Made by a program: the position numbers and the translations under genes. The notes beneath the pieces are model-generated. The model did not search any database, was not told where the DNA came from, and saw only the letters and a list, made by a program, of their open reading frames with translations. A stretch of 64,000 bases of DNA from assembly GCA_963714015.1 (NCBI GenBank), contig OY970223.1, forward strand, positions 3,360,001 through 3,424,000, written 5' to 3'. Below, one piece after another: positions 51,161 through 60,677 of the stretch. The stretch's first letter is position 1. The number at the start of each line of letters is the position of its first letter. Origin of the DNA: Vulcanimicrobiota bacterium (lineage in GTDB: Bacteria > Vulcanimicrobiota > Vulcanimicrobiia > Vulcanimicrobiales > Vulcanimicrobiaceae).

Positions 51161-52390
51161 TTAACTCCCTACGAACCGCATAACCCGAACGGGCGTTTCC
51201 GCGGTCAATTCTTCTATAGTTTCGGCCAATTCCATGAAACCGCTTGCGCGCGCGAGCAGACTCGTAGAACTCGACCGAAGTTCAAGCGGATACGCCTTCG
51301 GCGTGGGTGCCGCCTCGTCGAGGCGCACGGGCACGAACCACGTCCATCCCGCCCGCTTGCGCAAGGGCTCCGCCAGGCGCGCCTCGACTTCATGCCGCGT
51401 GAACCGCGTACCGGTCAAGGCACAGACGATCGGCGCTCCGATCGTTTCCAGGATGATAAGGGCGGAGGCCGGATTTCCGGGCAGTCCGATGACCGGCTTC
51501 CCTTCGATGCTCGCGAGCACCGTCGGCTTCCCCGGCTTCACTCGCAAACCGTGAACGATGACTCCGGGTTGGCCAAGACGCCGCACGATCTGCGGTGTGA
51601 GATCGCGCTCGCCGACGGACGAGCCTCCGGTCAAAAAAACCGCATCGCACGCTTCGAGCGCTTCGCGGAGCAGCGCTTCCAGAGCGTGCGGTTCATCGCG
51701 AGCGATTGCGAAATGGCGAACGGCGGCACCCATCACCTCGAGCGCGCCGGCGACGGCCCAGCGGTTGGAGTCGCGGACCTGACCGGGTCCGGGTTTGGAC
51801 GCAACGTCCACGAGCTCGTCACCGCTGGAGATGACGGCGACGAGCGGCCTGCGAAACACCGGCACGCGCGCCGATCCCAGTGTCGCCAGCACACCCAGCT
51901 CGGCCGGGCCGATCCGCCGCCCCGGCTGCAGCAATATTTCCCCCGAACTCATGTCGGATCCAATCGGTGTGATGCAGTCGCCGCGGGGAATCGACGCCGA
52001 GACGACCACGGAGCCGCCGCACAGCTCGACGTCCTCTATCGGGGCAACGGCGTCGGCACCCGAGGGCAGCACGCCGCCCGTCGGAATTCGCACAACCGTC
52101 TGCGGCGCAAGCGGCGCTTGCATGACGCCGCCCATCCGAATCTCCCCCGCAACCCGCAGCGTCCCCGGCGTATCGCACGAGCGCAGTGCGAACCCGTCCA
52201 TCGCCGAGCGCGGCGCGGCCGGATAATCGGCATCGGCTACCGCCGGGCGCGCGAGCGTTCTTCCGAGCGCGCAATCGATGGAAACGTCCTCGGTCTGCGG
52301 CGGCCGCAGGGCCGCATCGGCCATGTACTTCGTGAGCGCTTGCTGCGGCGCGAGGAGCGCATCCGCTTGGAATCCAATGCCGCGCTTCAT
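51161..52390 (-). CDS. moeA: Molybdopterin molybdotransferase
   Basis: SAMDGFA, SSGDEL, TGGSSVGERD, KPGKPT, LPGNP. Confidence 0.96.
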   Translation of the reverse strand: MKRGIGFQADALLAPQQALTKYMADAALRPPQTEDVSIDCALGRTLARPAVADADYPAAPRSAMDGFALRSCDTPGTLRVAGEIRMGGVMQAPLAPQTVVRIPTGGVLPSGADAVAPIEDVELCGGSVVVSASIPRGDCITPIGSDMSSGEILLQPGRRIGPAELGVLATLGSARVPVFRRPLVAVISSGDELVDVASKPGPGQVRDSNRWAVAGALEVMGAAVRHFAIARDEPHALEALLREALEACDAVFLTGGSSVGERDLTPQIVRRLGQPGVIVHGLRVKPGKPTVLASIEGKPVIGLPGNPASALIILETIGAPIVCALTGTRFTRHEVEARLAEPLRKRAGWTWFVPVRLDEAAPTPKAYPLELRSSSTSLLARASGFMELAETIEELTAETPVRVMRFVGS

Positions 52391-52415
52391 TTGAAAACCC
52401 GGATTACCACGTTGC

Positions 52416-53699
52416 ATGCTTGATCTTGCGCTCATTCGCCGCGATCCCGATCGCGTCCGCCGCTCCGCCGCGCACCGCGGCCTGGACTCCTCGTTCGTCG
52501 ACGACGTCCTTCGTCTCGACGCGCAGTACCGCGCGTCCCTTACGGAAGTCGAGCAGGCGAAAGCCGAGAAGAATCGCCTCTCCTCGCAGATCGGCAAGGC
52601 CGCGGACAAAGCGTCAGCCGCCAAAGAGCTGCGCCCGCAGCTCGACGCGCTCTCGACTCAAATCGAGCAAGCCGAAGCACGAGCGCGCGCATTGGCACTC
52701 GACAATCCCGAGTCCCGGCTGCGCGAGCTCCTGACGCAATCTCCCAACATCTTGGACGAGTCGGTTCCGGACGGGAAAAGCGAAGCCGACAACGCGATCG
52801 TCCGTTCGCACGGAACGCCGCGCGCATTCGAATTCGAACCGCTGCCGCATTGGGAATTGGGCGAGCGCTTAGGAATCTTGGACTTCGAGCGCGCGGCGAA
52901 GCTCTCGGGAAGCCGGTTCGCGCTGCTGAAAGGCGCCGGGGCGAGGCTCTCGCGCGCGATCGCGCAGTTCTTTCTCGATCGCGCAGCGGCAAATGGTTAC
53001 GAAGAGATCGCGCCGCCCGTGCTCGTGACGCGCGAGACGATGTGGTCCACCGGACAGCTGACCAAATTTTCGGACGCGATGTTCGCGGATCAAGACGCCG
53101 ATCTGTTCCTCATCCCCACGGCCGAAGTTCCGCTGACGGCGCTGCACGCGGGCGAAATTCTGAGCGCAGGAGAGCTGCCGCGCAAGTACGACGCGCACAC
53201 GCCCTGCTTTCGTAAAGAAGCGGGCGCGGCCGGCAAAGACACGCGCGGCCTGATCCGTCTGCACCAATTCGAGAAAGTCGAGCTCGTCTGGCTGACGGCA
53301 CCGCAGAGCTCGTTCGATGCGCTCGAACAACTGACGCGCGATGCGGAATCATTGCTGCAAGCTTTGGAGCTTCCGTACCGCGTCGTCGCGCTTTGCTCGG
53401 CGGACGTGGGCTTCAATGCCGCCAAGACGTACGATCTGGAAGTTTGGCTCCCAAGCGCCAACGCGTACCGCGAGATCAGTTCCTGCTCCAACTGTACGGA
53501 CTTCCAAGCGCGCCGTGCGCAGATCCGGTTCCGGCGCGACGCGTCCGCCAAGCCCGAGTTCGTGCACACGCTCAACGGTTCCGCGCTCGCCGTCGGCCGC
53601 ACACTGCTTGCCGTCATGGAAAATTATCAACAGCGCGACGGTTCGATTAAGGTACCCGCCGTTTTACGCGACTACCTTGGAACGGACTTTATCAAATAA
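52416..53699 (+). CDS. serS: Serine--tRNA ligase
   Basis: PTAEVP, FRKEAG, RLHQFEKVE, EISSCSNC, TLNGS. Confidence 0.98.
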   Translation: MLDLALIRRDPDRVRRSAAHRGLDSSFVDDVLRLDAQYRASLTEVEQAKAEKNRLSSQIGKAADKASAAKELRPQLDALSTQIEQAEARARALALDNPESRLRELLTQSPNILDESVPDGKSEADNAIVRSHGTPRAFEFEPLPHWELGERLGILDFERAAKLSGSRFALLKGAGARLSRAIAQFFLDRAAANGYEEIAPPVLVTRETMWSTGQLTKFSDAMFADQDADLFLIPTAEVPLTALHAGEILSAGELPRKYDAHTPCFRKEAGAAGKDTRGLIRLHQFEKVELVWLTAPQSSFDALEQLTRDAESLLQALELPYRVVALCSADVGFNAAKTYDLEVWLPSANAYREISSCSNCTDFQARRAQIRFRRDASAKPEFVHTLNGSALAVGRTLLAVMENYQQRDGSIKVPAVLRDYLGTDFIK

Positions 53700-53736
53700 T
53701 AGGAGTACGGTCTTTCCACGCCTAGTGACCTGTTAC

Positions 53737-53909
53737 CGCGCGTTGCAGAACCGGCGGTACGCGTTCGTGGAAGCATCTGATATTTTCGCGCCGACACGGA
53801 TGTCGTTTCACTGCTTGCGGGCGCGAAAATTCAGTGAGCAGAAAACCGCCATGGAGGGCGGTTTTCGAGCGTCTTCGACGAACGCGTACCGCCGGTTCTG
53901 TAACGCGCG
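53737..53909 (+). ncRNA. TwoAYGGAY-like structured RNA repeat, copy 3
   Basis: Same core as the 26.5 kb copies, with compensatory changes and a different basal stem. Confidence 0.65.
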
Positions 53910-53911
53910 CG

Positions 53912-54262
53912 TTAATGACAATCGCTGAGCAAATGATCGGCGAGGGCGGCAACATAAGAGGATGATGCGGGCGCGCTGCTCACGGCGCCGCGGCGCGATT
54001 CGATGATCACGGCCGTTCGCGCGTCGTCGAGCGGCCGGACGCGTACGGTAAGGCGTTCGGAGTTGATGAGCCCGAAGGAGGCTTCGATGACGCCGGTTGC
54101 GGCATCCGCGCGGCCGACGTGTCCGCCAAGGATTTGTTCGATGCCGCCGATGCAGCGCGCATAGACCTGCGCGGCGGGTGCGAGCACTTCGAGATTACGT
54201 CCGGCGTGAAGCGCGACGCCGGCGGGGCGCTCCGGATTGAGCCAATTGCGCAGAAACTTCAT
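53912..54262 (-). CDS. Hypothetical protein
   Basis: ORF downstream of the Crp gene; typical codon pattern. Confidence 0.6.
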   Translation of the reverse strand: MKFLRNWLNPERPAGVALHAGRNLEVLAPAAQVYARCIGGIEQILGGHVGRADAATGVIEASFGLINSERLTVRVRPLDDARTAVIIESRRGAVSSAPASSSYVAALADHLLSDCH

Positions 54263-54282
54263 CGCGCGCCCGCGGCGGCAGA

Positions 54283-55212
54283 CTAACCCAAACCGATCGT
54301 TTCGAGCAACTTCGAGCGATCGAGATAGCGCACGTGTCCGCGCTCGCGGCGCAATGCATTGGTTCGTTCCAGCTCGGCGATCGCTCGCGCTGCGACTTCT
54401 TTGACGGTGCCCGCGGCGGCGGCCAGTTGCGCTTGCGTCATATGCGGAAGCGGCGCGAGCGCGGGCCCCAAGCCGCGCGAGGGTGATGCGTAAGGCAGCA
54501 GCGCGGATGCGACGCGCGCCAGCGTCGGCTGCGAGACGTGTGCCGCGATCGTCGAGACGAGGTGCCGCCCGCGCTGGGCGTTATTTTCGCCGAGTGCAAA
54601 CAGCAGCGAGGGCTCTCGCATGGCGATATCGCGCAAAACGTCGTAGCCGATGCCGGCAAAGCGAGCGACCTTCGAAACGACCGTCGTACGTCCGATGGCG
54701 CGTCCGCCGTCGAAGAACTCTTGAGCGCCGAAAACCTCGCCCGGATAGACGTGGAACAGCACCTGTTCGCGCGTTCCGCCGCCCGTCGTGACGAGCAAGA
54801 CGCCTTCGAGCAAAAGGGAGACGTCGCTGCAGTCCGCGTTTTCAGCGCGAACGATCTCACCTTTGCGCGCGATGCGCTCGACGGCCGATTCGGTCACCAC
54901 GGCTTTGCCGTTTTCGCTCAGATTGCCGAATACCGGACTTCGTCGCAGCGTCGCTGAGAGAAGCGTGCTGCGGGTTTCGTAAGGAACGCGCGTCAGGGCT
55001 ACGCGCCACTCGCGCTCCCCGAGCCGCCAGTAGCGCGCCTCGAGTGCCGACGGAAGCGCCTCCTCTATTCGCAGCAGCAGCGGGCGCGGATCGAGTTCCA
55101 TGACGAAGTCGAACGTCGTGCCGATCGACATCTGACTGGCATGGTCCAATACTGCGGCGGCGCGCTCCCATACGGGAAGGCCGCGAAGGTCCTCGCTCTC
55201 CATTTGCTTCAT
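54283..55212 (-). CDS. Crp/Fnr family regulator with N-terminal DUF2249-like domain
   Basis: DLRGLPVWER..DPRPLL; cNMP-like domain; TQAQLAAAAGTVKEVAAR HTH. Confidence 0.85.
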   Translation of the reverse strand: MKQMESEDLRGLPVWERAAAVLDHASQMSIGTTFDFVMELDPRPLLLRIEEALPSALEARYWRLGEREWRVALTRVPYETRSTLLSATLRRSPVFGNLSENGKAVVTESAVERIARKGEIVRAENADCSDVSLLLEGVLLVTTGGGTREQVLFHVYPGEVFGAQEFFDGGRAIGRTTVVSKVARFAGIGYDVLRDIAMREPSLLFALGENNAQRGRHLVSTIAAHVSQPTLARVASALLPYASPSRGLGPALAPLPHMTQAQLAAAAGTVKEVAARAIAELERTNALRRERGHVRYLDRSKLLETIGLG

Positions 55213-55721
55213 GCCTTAACTTTTTCCCAGACGCTCTGCGCCGCCTTCGGAAGATGGTCCATCGTCTTGAGGAACAGCGTGATTTGCCAGAGCTGGGTCT
55301 GGTTCAGGCTGTGCCCAAAGGCCGGCATTCCGGTCCAGCGTATCCCGTGGTAGACCTTCCAGTAAGTCACGGCGTCGGGATCGTCCTCGACGCCGTCCTT
55401 GGCCAGCTGCGGAGGATGCTGATAAAGGCCCTTTGCCACGCTGGTTGGGGTGCCGCTTGCGCCGCCGTGACATACCGCGCAGTCGCGCGCGTAGAGTTTC
55501 AGGCCGGCTAACAGGTTGGCATCGCTGGCGGGCAGCGGATCGCTGAGGGACGGGGCGCGCGATAACGTCGCCCCGAGCGACATGCGGGCCGCCCACCGCT
55601 CGATTCGGGGCGGGCGAGCGTCGGCGTTCGCCGGTACCGCGCCGCTGCGCAACGCGGCATACCCGCCGATTGCCAGTACCAGCACGACGAACAGCACGCC
55701 GGCCAAAAATCCTCGAAGCAT
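55209..55721 (-). CDS. Membrane-anchored cytochrome c
   Basis: CAVCH, GIRWTGMPAF; SD GAGGAGG. Confidence 0.9.
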   Translation of the reverse strand: MLRGFLAGVLFVVLVLAIGGYAALRSGAVPANADARPPRIERWAARMSLGATLSRAPSLSDPLPASDANLLAGLKLYARDCAVCHGGASGTPTSVAKGLYQHPPQLAKDGVEDDPDAVTYWKVYHGIRWTGMPAFGHSLNQTQLWQITLFLKTMDHLPKAAQSVWEKVKA

Positions 55722-55843
55722 GTATCTCCTCCTCAAGGCGGGTTTGGCACAAGCCTACAAAGTTTTCCTTAAGGTATCCTGGCTTTACGCTAGCGAAACA
55801 GACGGCCGTCCGGCCCGTATATCGGGAAGAAAGAGGGATCCGA

Positions 55844-58492
55844 ATGAAATATCCAGGGTCTGCGGCTGCACTTGTTCTTGGGGCAGCCTTATTGACGACC
55901 GCGGCCGCGGGCGCGTCCTCGCCGTACGCCGCCATAGACGCGGCTCAGGGCGAATTGCCGAAGGACGTGGTGCCCACGTTTTACGCAATCGACGTTGCCC
56001 CCAATCCCAAAACCATGAAGATAGCCGGACACGAACGCATCACAATCGTCGTGCGTAAACCGGCTTCCAGCATCGTTTTGAACGCACTGCAGACGACGTT
56101 CGGCAGAGTGACGCTCGACGGCAAGCCGGCCGTCGTTTCCGTCAACGAGGCGCGCCAGCAAGCGAGGTTTGCATTTCCAAAACCGGTAAGCGCCGGCATT
56201 CACACGCTGGACATTGCATATACTGCGACGCTTCAATCCTCGGCGCAAGGCTTGTTCAAGCAAAACTATTCCGATATGCAGGGTACGCCGGCCTATATGT
56301 ACGGTACGCAGCTCGAGGCAACCGACGGACGCCGCCTGTTCCCGGGATGGGACGAACCGGCGTTCAAAGCGCGGTTTCGCGTGAGCTTCGTCGTTCCCAA
56401 GGAGTGGACGGCAATCTCGAACACGCCGATAGTTTCGCAAAGTCCCGTCGGCAGCGACGGCAAACGCGTCCAATTCGACACGACGCCGAAGATGTCGACC
56501 TACCTCGTGGTGTTGTGCGCCGGCGATTTTCAGCAGATCAGCACGACGGCCGACGGCATCAAGCTCTCGGTGTACGCGACCCGCGGCAAGATGGACGAAG
56601 CGAAGTACGCGTTGAGCGTCATGAAGGATCTGATGCCGTACTACGATTCCTACTACGGCGTGAAATTTCCGATTTCCAAGCTCGACACGATCGCCATTCC
56701 GGGCGGCTTTCTCGGAGCTATGGAAAACTGGGGAGGCATCACGTACAACGAGGGCACGATTCTCTTCGATCCGAAATTGCAGCCTCAGTCCGATGAAAAG
56801 AGCATCTTCGGCATCATCGCGCACGAGGAGTCGCACCAATGGAACGGCGACCTGACGACGTTCGCGTGGTGGGATGACGTTTGGATCGCGGAAGGCTTTG
56901 CCACCTGGATGGAGACGAAAGCTCCCGATCACTTTCATCCCGAATGGCACATGTACATCGGCGCCGACAACGACGTGCAAGGCGCTATGGCGCGCGACGC
57001 GCAGATCACCACGCACCCCGTGTACGTTCCGGTGCACAACGAAACCGAAGCAGCAGCGGTCTTCGACGAAATCTCATACACCAAGGCCGGTTCGGTGCTG
57101 CGCATGCTCGAGCAGTACATCGGCCCCGGCAAATTCCAAGCAGCGCTGCAGCAGTATTTCCGAACCCATGAGTACACTTCGTTCAGCGCGAAGGACCTGT
57201 GGGCCGATTTGGGCGCCCAAAGCGGACAAAACATCGCACAGGCCGTCCACAATTGGATTTACCAGCCGGGATTTCCGGTCGTAGCGGCGAGCGCTTCGTG
57301 CAGCAACGGGCATCGAACCATCGCCCTCTCGCAGCAGCGATATCTGAACGACGCCGCGCTGCCGGCGGGTTCGACGGTTTGGACGATTCCGCTGAACGTT
57401 AAGACCGACGCAACCTCTTCCGCGACGCAGCCGGTACTCTTCAACACGCGCACGGCGACTATCGACGGCGGTTCCTGCGATAAGCCGTTCGTTCTGAACG
57501 GCGACGCCGTCGGTTACTACAGGACCGAGTACGACCCGCAGACCCAAGCTGCGCAGCAAGCCGCCTTCCTGAAGCTCTCGACGGCGGATAAGCTCGCGCT
57601 TCTTCACGATGCGCGAGCATTCGCCTCATCGGGCCGTTCGAAGATCGACGAATATCTCGCATATGCCAAAGCGGACAGCGGCGACGCGGATCCGCTTGTC
57701 GCCGGCGACGTGCTCGGTCAGTACAACGCGATGCTGACCTTCGAAAAAGGCAAGCCGGGCGAAGCCAAACTCAAACAATACGTCGCCGCTCAAGTCAAAC
57801 CGATGCTGCCGCAATTCGGAGGTTGGGACGGCACCGGCATGAACGACGACCAGCTGGGCGTCCGGAACACCATTCTGTTCCTGCTCGCGCAATGCGGCGA
57901 CCAGCCGACTATTGCAGAAGCAAAGCGCCGCTTTGCGATCGTCTTGCAGAATCCGCAAGCCTATCCGCCGCTCACCAAACAGGCCGTCATGGGTATCGCC
58001 GGCTACGCAGCGGATCCGGCGATCTATCAGCAACTGCTGGGAATGGCACTGAAAGCGACGAATCCGACCGAGCAGCAGAACGACTTTTTCGCGCTGTTCG
58101 GCGCTAACGATCCGGCCCTGGCCATGCAGAGTTTGAACATGTCGCTGCATTTGCCGCCGCAGTTCGCGCCTTTTGCTCCCTACATCGTAGGAGCGGTAGC
58201 GCAGCAGCATCCGCAAGAGAGTTGGAAATTCCTAAGCGACAACTCGGACAAGCTCTTTAGTTCGATGTCCTCGTTCGAAAGAGTGGCTGCCGTCTCGCAA
58301 GTGGCCGGGCAGTTCGCGACGCTGATCCCGGCGGATCAGATCCAGGCCTACCTGAACTCGCACGTTCCGGCCGACGCAGCGAACGAAATCAAGAAGACGA
58401 TGGACGACGTCCATACGCGGCAGGCCGTCGAAGATCGGCTCCTTCCGCAAATAGACGCCTACGTCGGTTCGCAATTCCTGACGAAGAGTTAG
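55844..58492 (+). CDS. Secreted M1 aminopeptidase (PepN/ERAP1-like)
   Basis: Signal peptide, GAMEN, HEESH..WIAEG, ISYTK. Confidence 0.95.
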   Translation: MKYPGSAAALVLGAALLTTAAAGASSPYAAIDAAQGELPKDVVPTFYAIDVAPNPKTMKIAGHERITIVVRKPASSIVLNALQTTFGRVTLDGKPAVVSVNEARQQARFAFPKPVSAGIHTLDIAYTATLQSSAQGLFKQNYSDMQGTPAYMYGTQLEATDGRRLFPGWDEPAFKARFRVSFVVPKEWTAISNTPIVSQSPVGSDGKRVQFDTTPKMSTYLVVLCAGDFQQISTTADGIKLSVYATRGKMDEAKYALSVMKDLMPYYDSYYGVKFPISKLDTIAIPGGFLGAMENWGGITYNEGTILFDPKLQPQSDEKSIFGIIAHEESHQWNGDLTTFAWWDDVWIAEGFATWMETKAPDHFHPEWHMYIGADNDVQGAMARDAQITTHPVYVPVHNETEAAAVFDEISYTKAGSVLRMLEQYIGPGKFQAALQQYFRTHEYTSFSAKDLWADLGAQSGQNIAQAVHNWIYQPGFPVVAASASCSNGHRTIALSQQRYLNDAALPAGSTVWTIPLNVKTDATSSATQPVLFNTRTATIDGGSCDKPFVLNGDAVGYYRTEYDPQTQAAQQAAFLKLSTADKLALLHDARAFASSGRSKIDEYLAYAKADSGDADPLVAGDVLGQYNAMLTFEKGKPGEAKLKQYVAAQVKPMLPQFGGWDGTGMNDDQLGVRNTILFLLAQCGDQPTIAEAKRRFAIVLQNPQAYPPLTKQAVMGIAGYAADPAIYQQLLGMALKATNPTEQQNDFFALFGANDPALAMQSLNMSLHLPPQFAPFAPYIVGAVAQQHPQESWKFLSDNSDKLFSSMSSFERVAAVSQVAGQFATLIPADQIQAYLNSHVPADAANEIKKTMDDVHTRQAVEDRLLPQIDAYVGSQFLTKS

Positions 58493-58500
58493 CACGGTGG

Positions 58501-58536
58501 AATAAAAACGGACGCCTCGCGGCGTCCGTTTTTATT
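58501..58536. terminator. Bidirectional intrinsic terminator
   Basis: AATAAAAACGGACGCC-tcgc-GGCGTCCGTTTTTATT between convergent genes. Confidence 0.88.
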
Positions 58537-60677
58537 ATTGGGCTTTGGCGGCGTGCAGGGCGACGACGCGCTGGCTCGGCGCCTGGCGCCCGTTGTGAAG
58601 GCGGACGAAGTCGAGCAGCGCCGGATACGTCACCGGCCGGCTGAAGAAATACCCCTGCGCCTGATCGCAATGCAGGCGCACGAAGTCGTTTTGCGCCTCG
58701 TATTCGATGCCTTCGGCGATGATGCGCAGGCCGAGCGTCTGTCCCAGGGTCGAAATCGTTTTGACGATTCCTTGATCGTACGAGTCGCGGACGATGTCGT
58801 CGATGAAGCCTTTGTCGATCTTCACCGCGCTCACCGGCAACCGCTTGATGTAGCCCAGCGAGCTGTAGCCGGTGCCGAAGTCGTCGACGACGATCCCGAT
58901 GCCGCGGCCGCTCAGCCGCCGCAGCGCGGCGATTGCGAGTTCGTTCACCATGACGCTCTCGGTGATCTCGATGTCCAGGGCGGTCGGCGGCAAGCCCGTC
59001 TCGCTGAGAATGCCGAACAGCGTCGGAATGAAGTTCGGATCGTAAAGGTCCTTCGTCGAGAGATTAACCGCGATTCGGAAGTCCGGTACTTCGGTCGCCC
59101 GGATTCGCGCCGCGGTACGGCATGCTTCGCGCAGCACCCAGCGGCTCAGATCGACGATGATGCCGGTCTCCTCCGCAATAGGGATGAACACTTGCGGCAA
59201 GAGTTCGCCGAGCATCGGGTGACGCCAGCGCAGGAGCGCCTCCGCTGCGACCACTGCTCGCGTCTGCAGATCGACGATCGGCTGGAAGAGCAGATGCAGC
59301 TCGTCGCGCGAAAGCGCTTGGCGCAGATCCTGCTCGAGACCGAGACGCTCGAGCACGTGCGCTCTCGTCGCGCCGTCGAAAAGCCGCGCGGTATTTCCGC
59401 CCGCCTCTTTCGAACGGTACATCGCCTGATCCGCGAACGCGATCAGGTCGTCGGCGCTTTGCGCGTCTTGCGGGAACATGCACCCGCCGACGCTGGCGCT
59501 GACGAACAGATCGCGTCCTGCGATACTGAAGGGCTCGCGGAAAGCATCGATCACCTCGGAAGCCAACGAGGTGGCGTTGCGTTTCTGCGCGAGCCCTCCC
59601 ATGACGACGACGAATTCGTCGCCGCCGGGCCGGAATATCACCGACCGATCGTCCAACAAACTGTTGAGACGGTGCGCGATAGCCTTTAACAGCTCGTCGC
59701 CGCTGCGGTGCCCGAGCGTGTCGTTGATTGTCTTGAAGCGATCGACGTCCACGAACAAAACCGCGAGCGATTCGCTCTTCATCCCCGCTTCCTCAATCAT
59801 GGCCGGAAGGCGCTCGCCCAGGGCCAAGCGATTGGGGAGCGAGGTTAGCGCGTCCTGGCGCGCAAGGCGCGAGAACCGCTCGGCGTTTTCGCGCATGTCG
59901 GTGACGTCGAGCATGACGCCGATCGCACCGATGACGGCGCCTTGCGGATCGCGCAACGGTTCCACGTCGTTTTGCATCCAGCTAAGCCCGTGCCGCGATT
60001 CGTACCGTACCGTCTCGCCGCCGAAAGCGCGAGCTACCGCTGCCGCGCACGCTTCTTTTTCGGCGTATTCGCCCAGCAGACACTCGAACGGCGCACCCAC
60101 GACTGCATCCTCGACAAGACCGCGGTCGCTCAAACCGGCGCCGGCCACTGACGTAATGCGCATATCCAGGTCGACGGTCCAAATGACCGCCGGAACCTGA
60201 GAAAGCAATACGCGAAACCGTCGTTCGTTCGAGCTCGAGGCGCAGTTCGCCGTGCTTGCTCTCGGTAACGTCGCGCAAGTAAACGAGTACCTCGTCTTGC
60301 GCGGGCTGCACGCGGATTTCCACCCACATATTAGTGGAAGCAAAGAATTGGAGGCGCTCGATCGGGGTGCCGCTGCTCTGCGCGCGCCGCATATCCGGTA
60401 CAAGCTCGCTTGCGAGCGGATCGAAGATGTCCACGATGCGCCGGCCGACCAGGTCGGCGGCGCTGCGCCGAAGCATCTCTTCGGCGCGTTCGTTGACGTG
60501 AGAGAAACGCATTTCGCCGTCGACGATGAAGAATGCGTCAGGAATGCTTTCGAGAAGGCTGTAGCGCTTCTGGACGAGCAGCCGTTTTTCAGCCGCGCTG
60601 CGCGTCCGGATCCATGTGAAGATCGCCGCCGCCAGGACGGCGATCGCGGTAGCGGTTATCGCAAGCGCCGGGTTCAT
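58535..60677 (-). CDS. TM-PAS-PAS-GGDEF-EAL protein (frameshift at ~60232)
   Basis: DALTSLPNR, GGDEF, EALLRW, DDFGTGYSSL. Confidence 0.92.
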
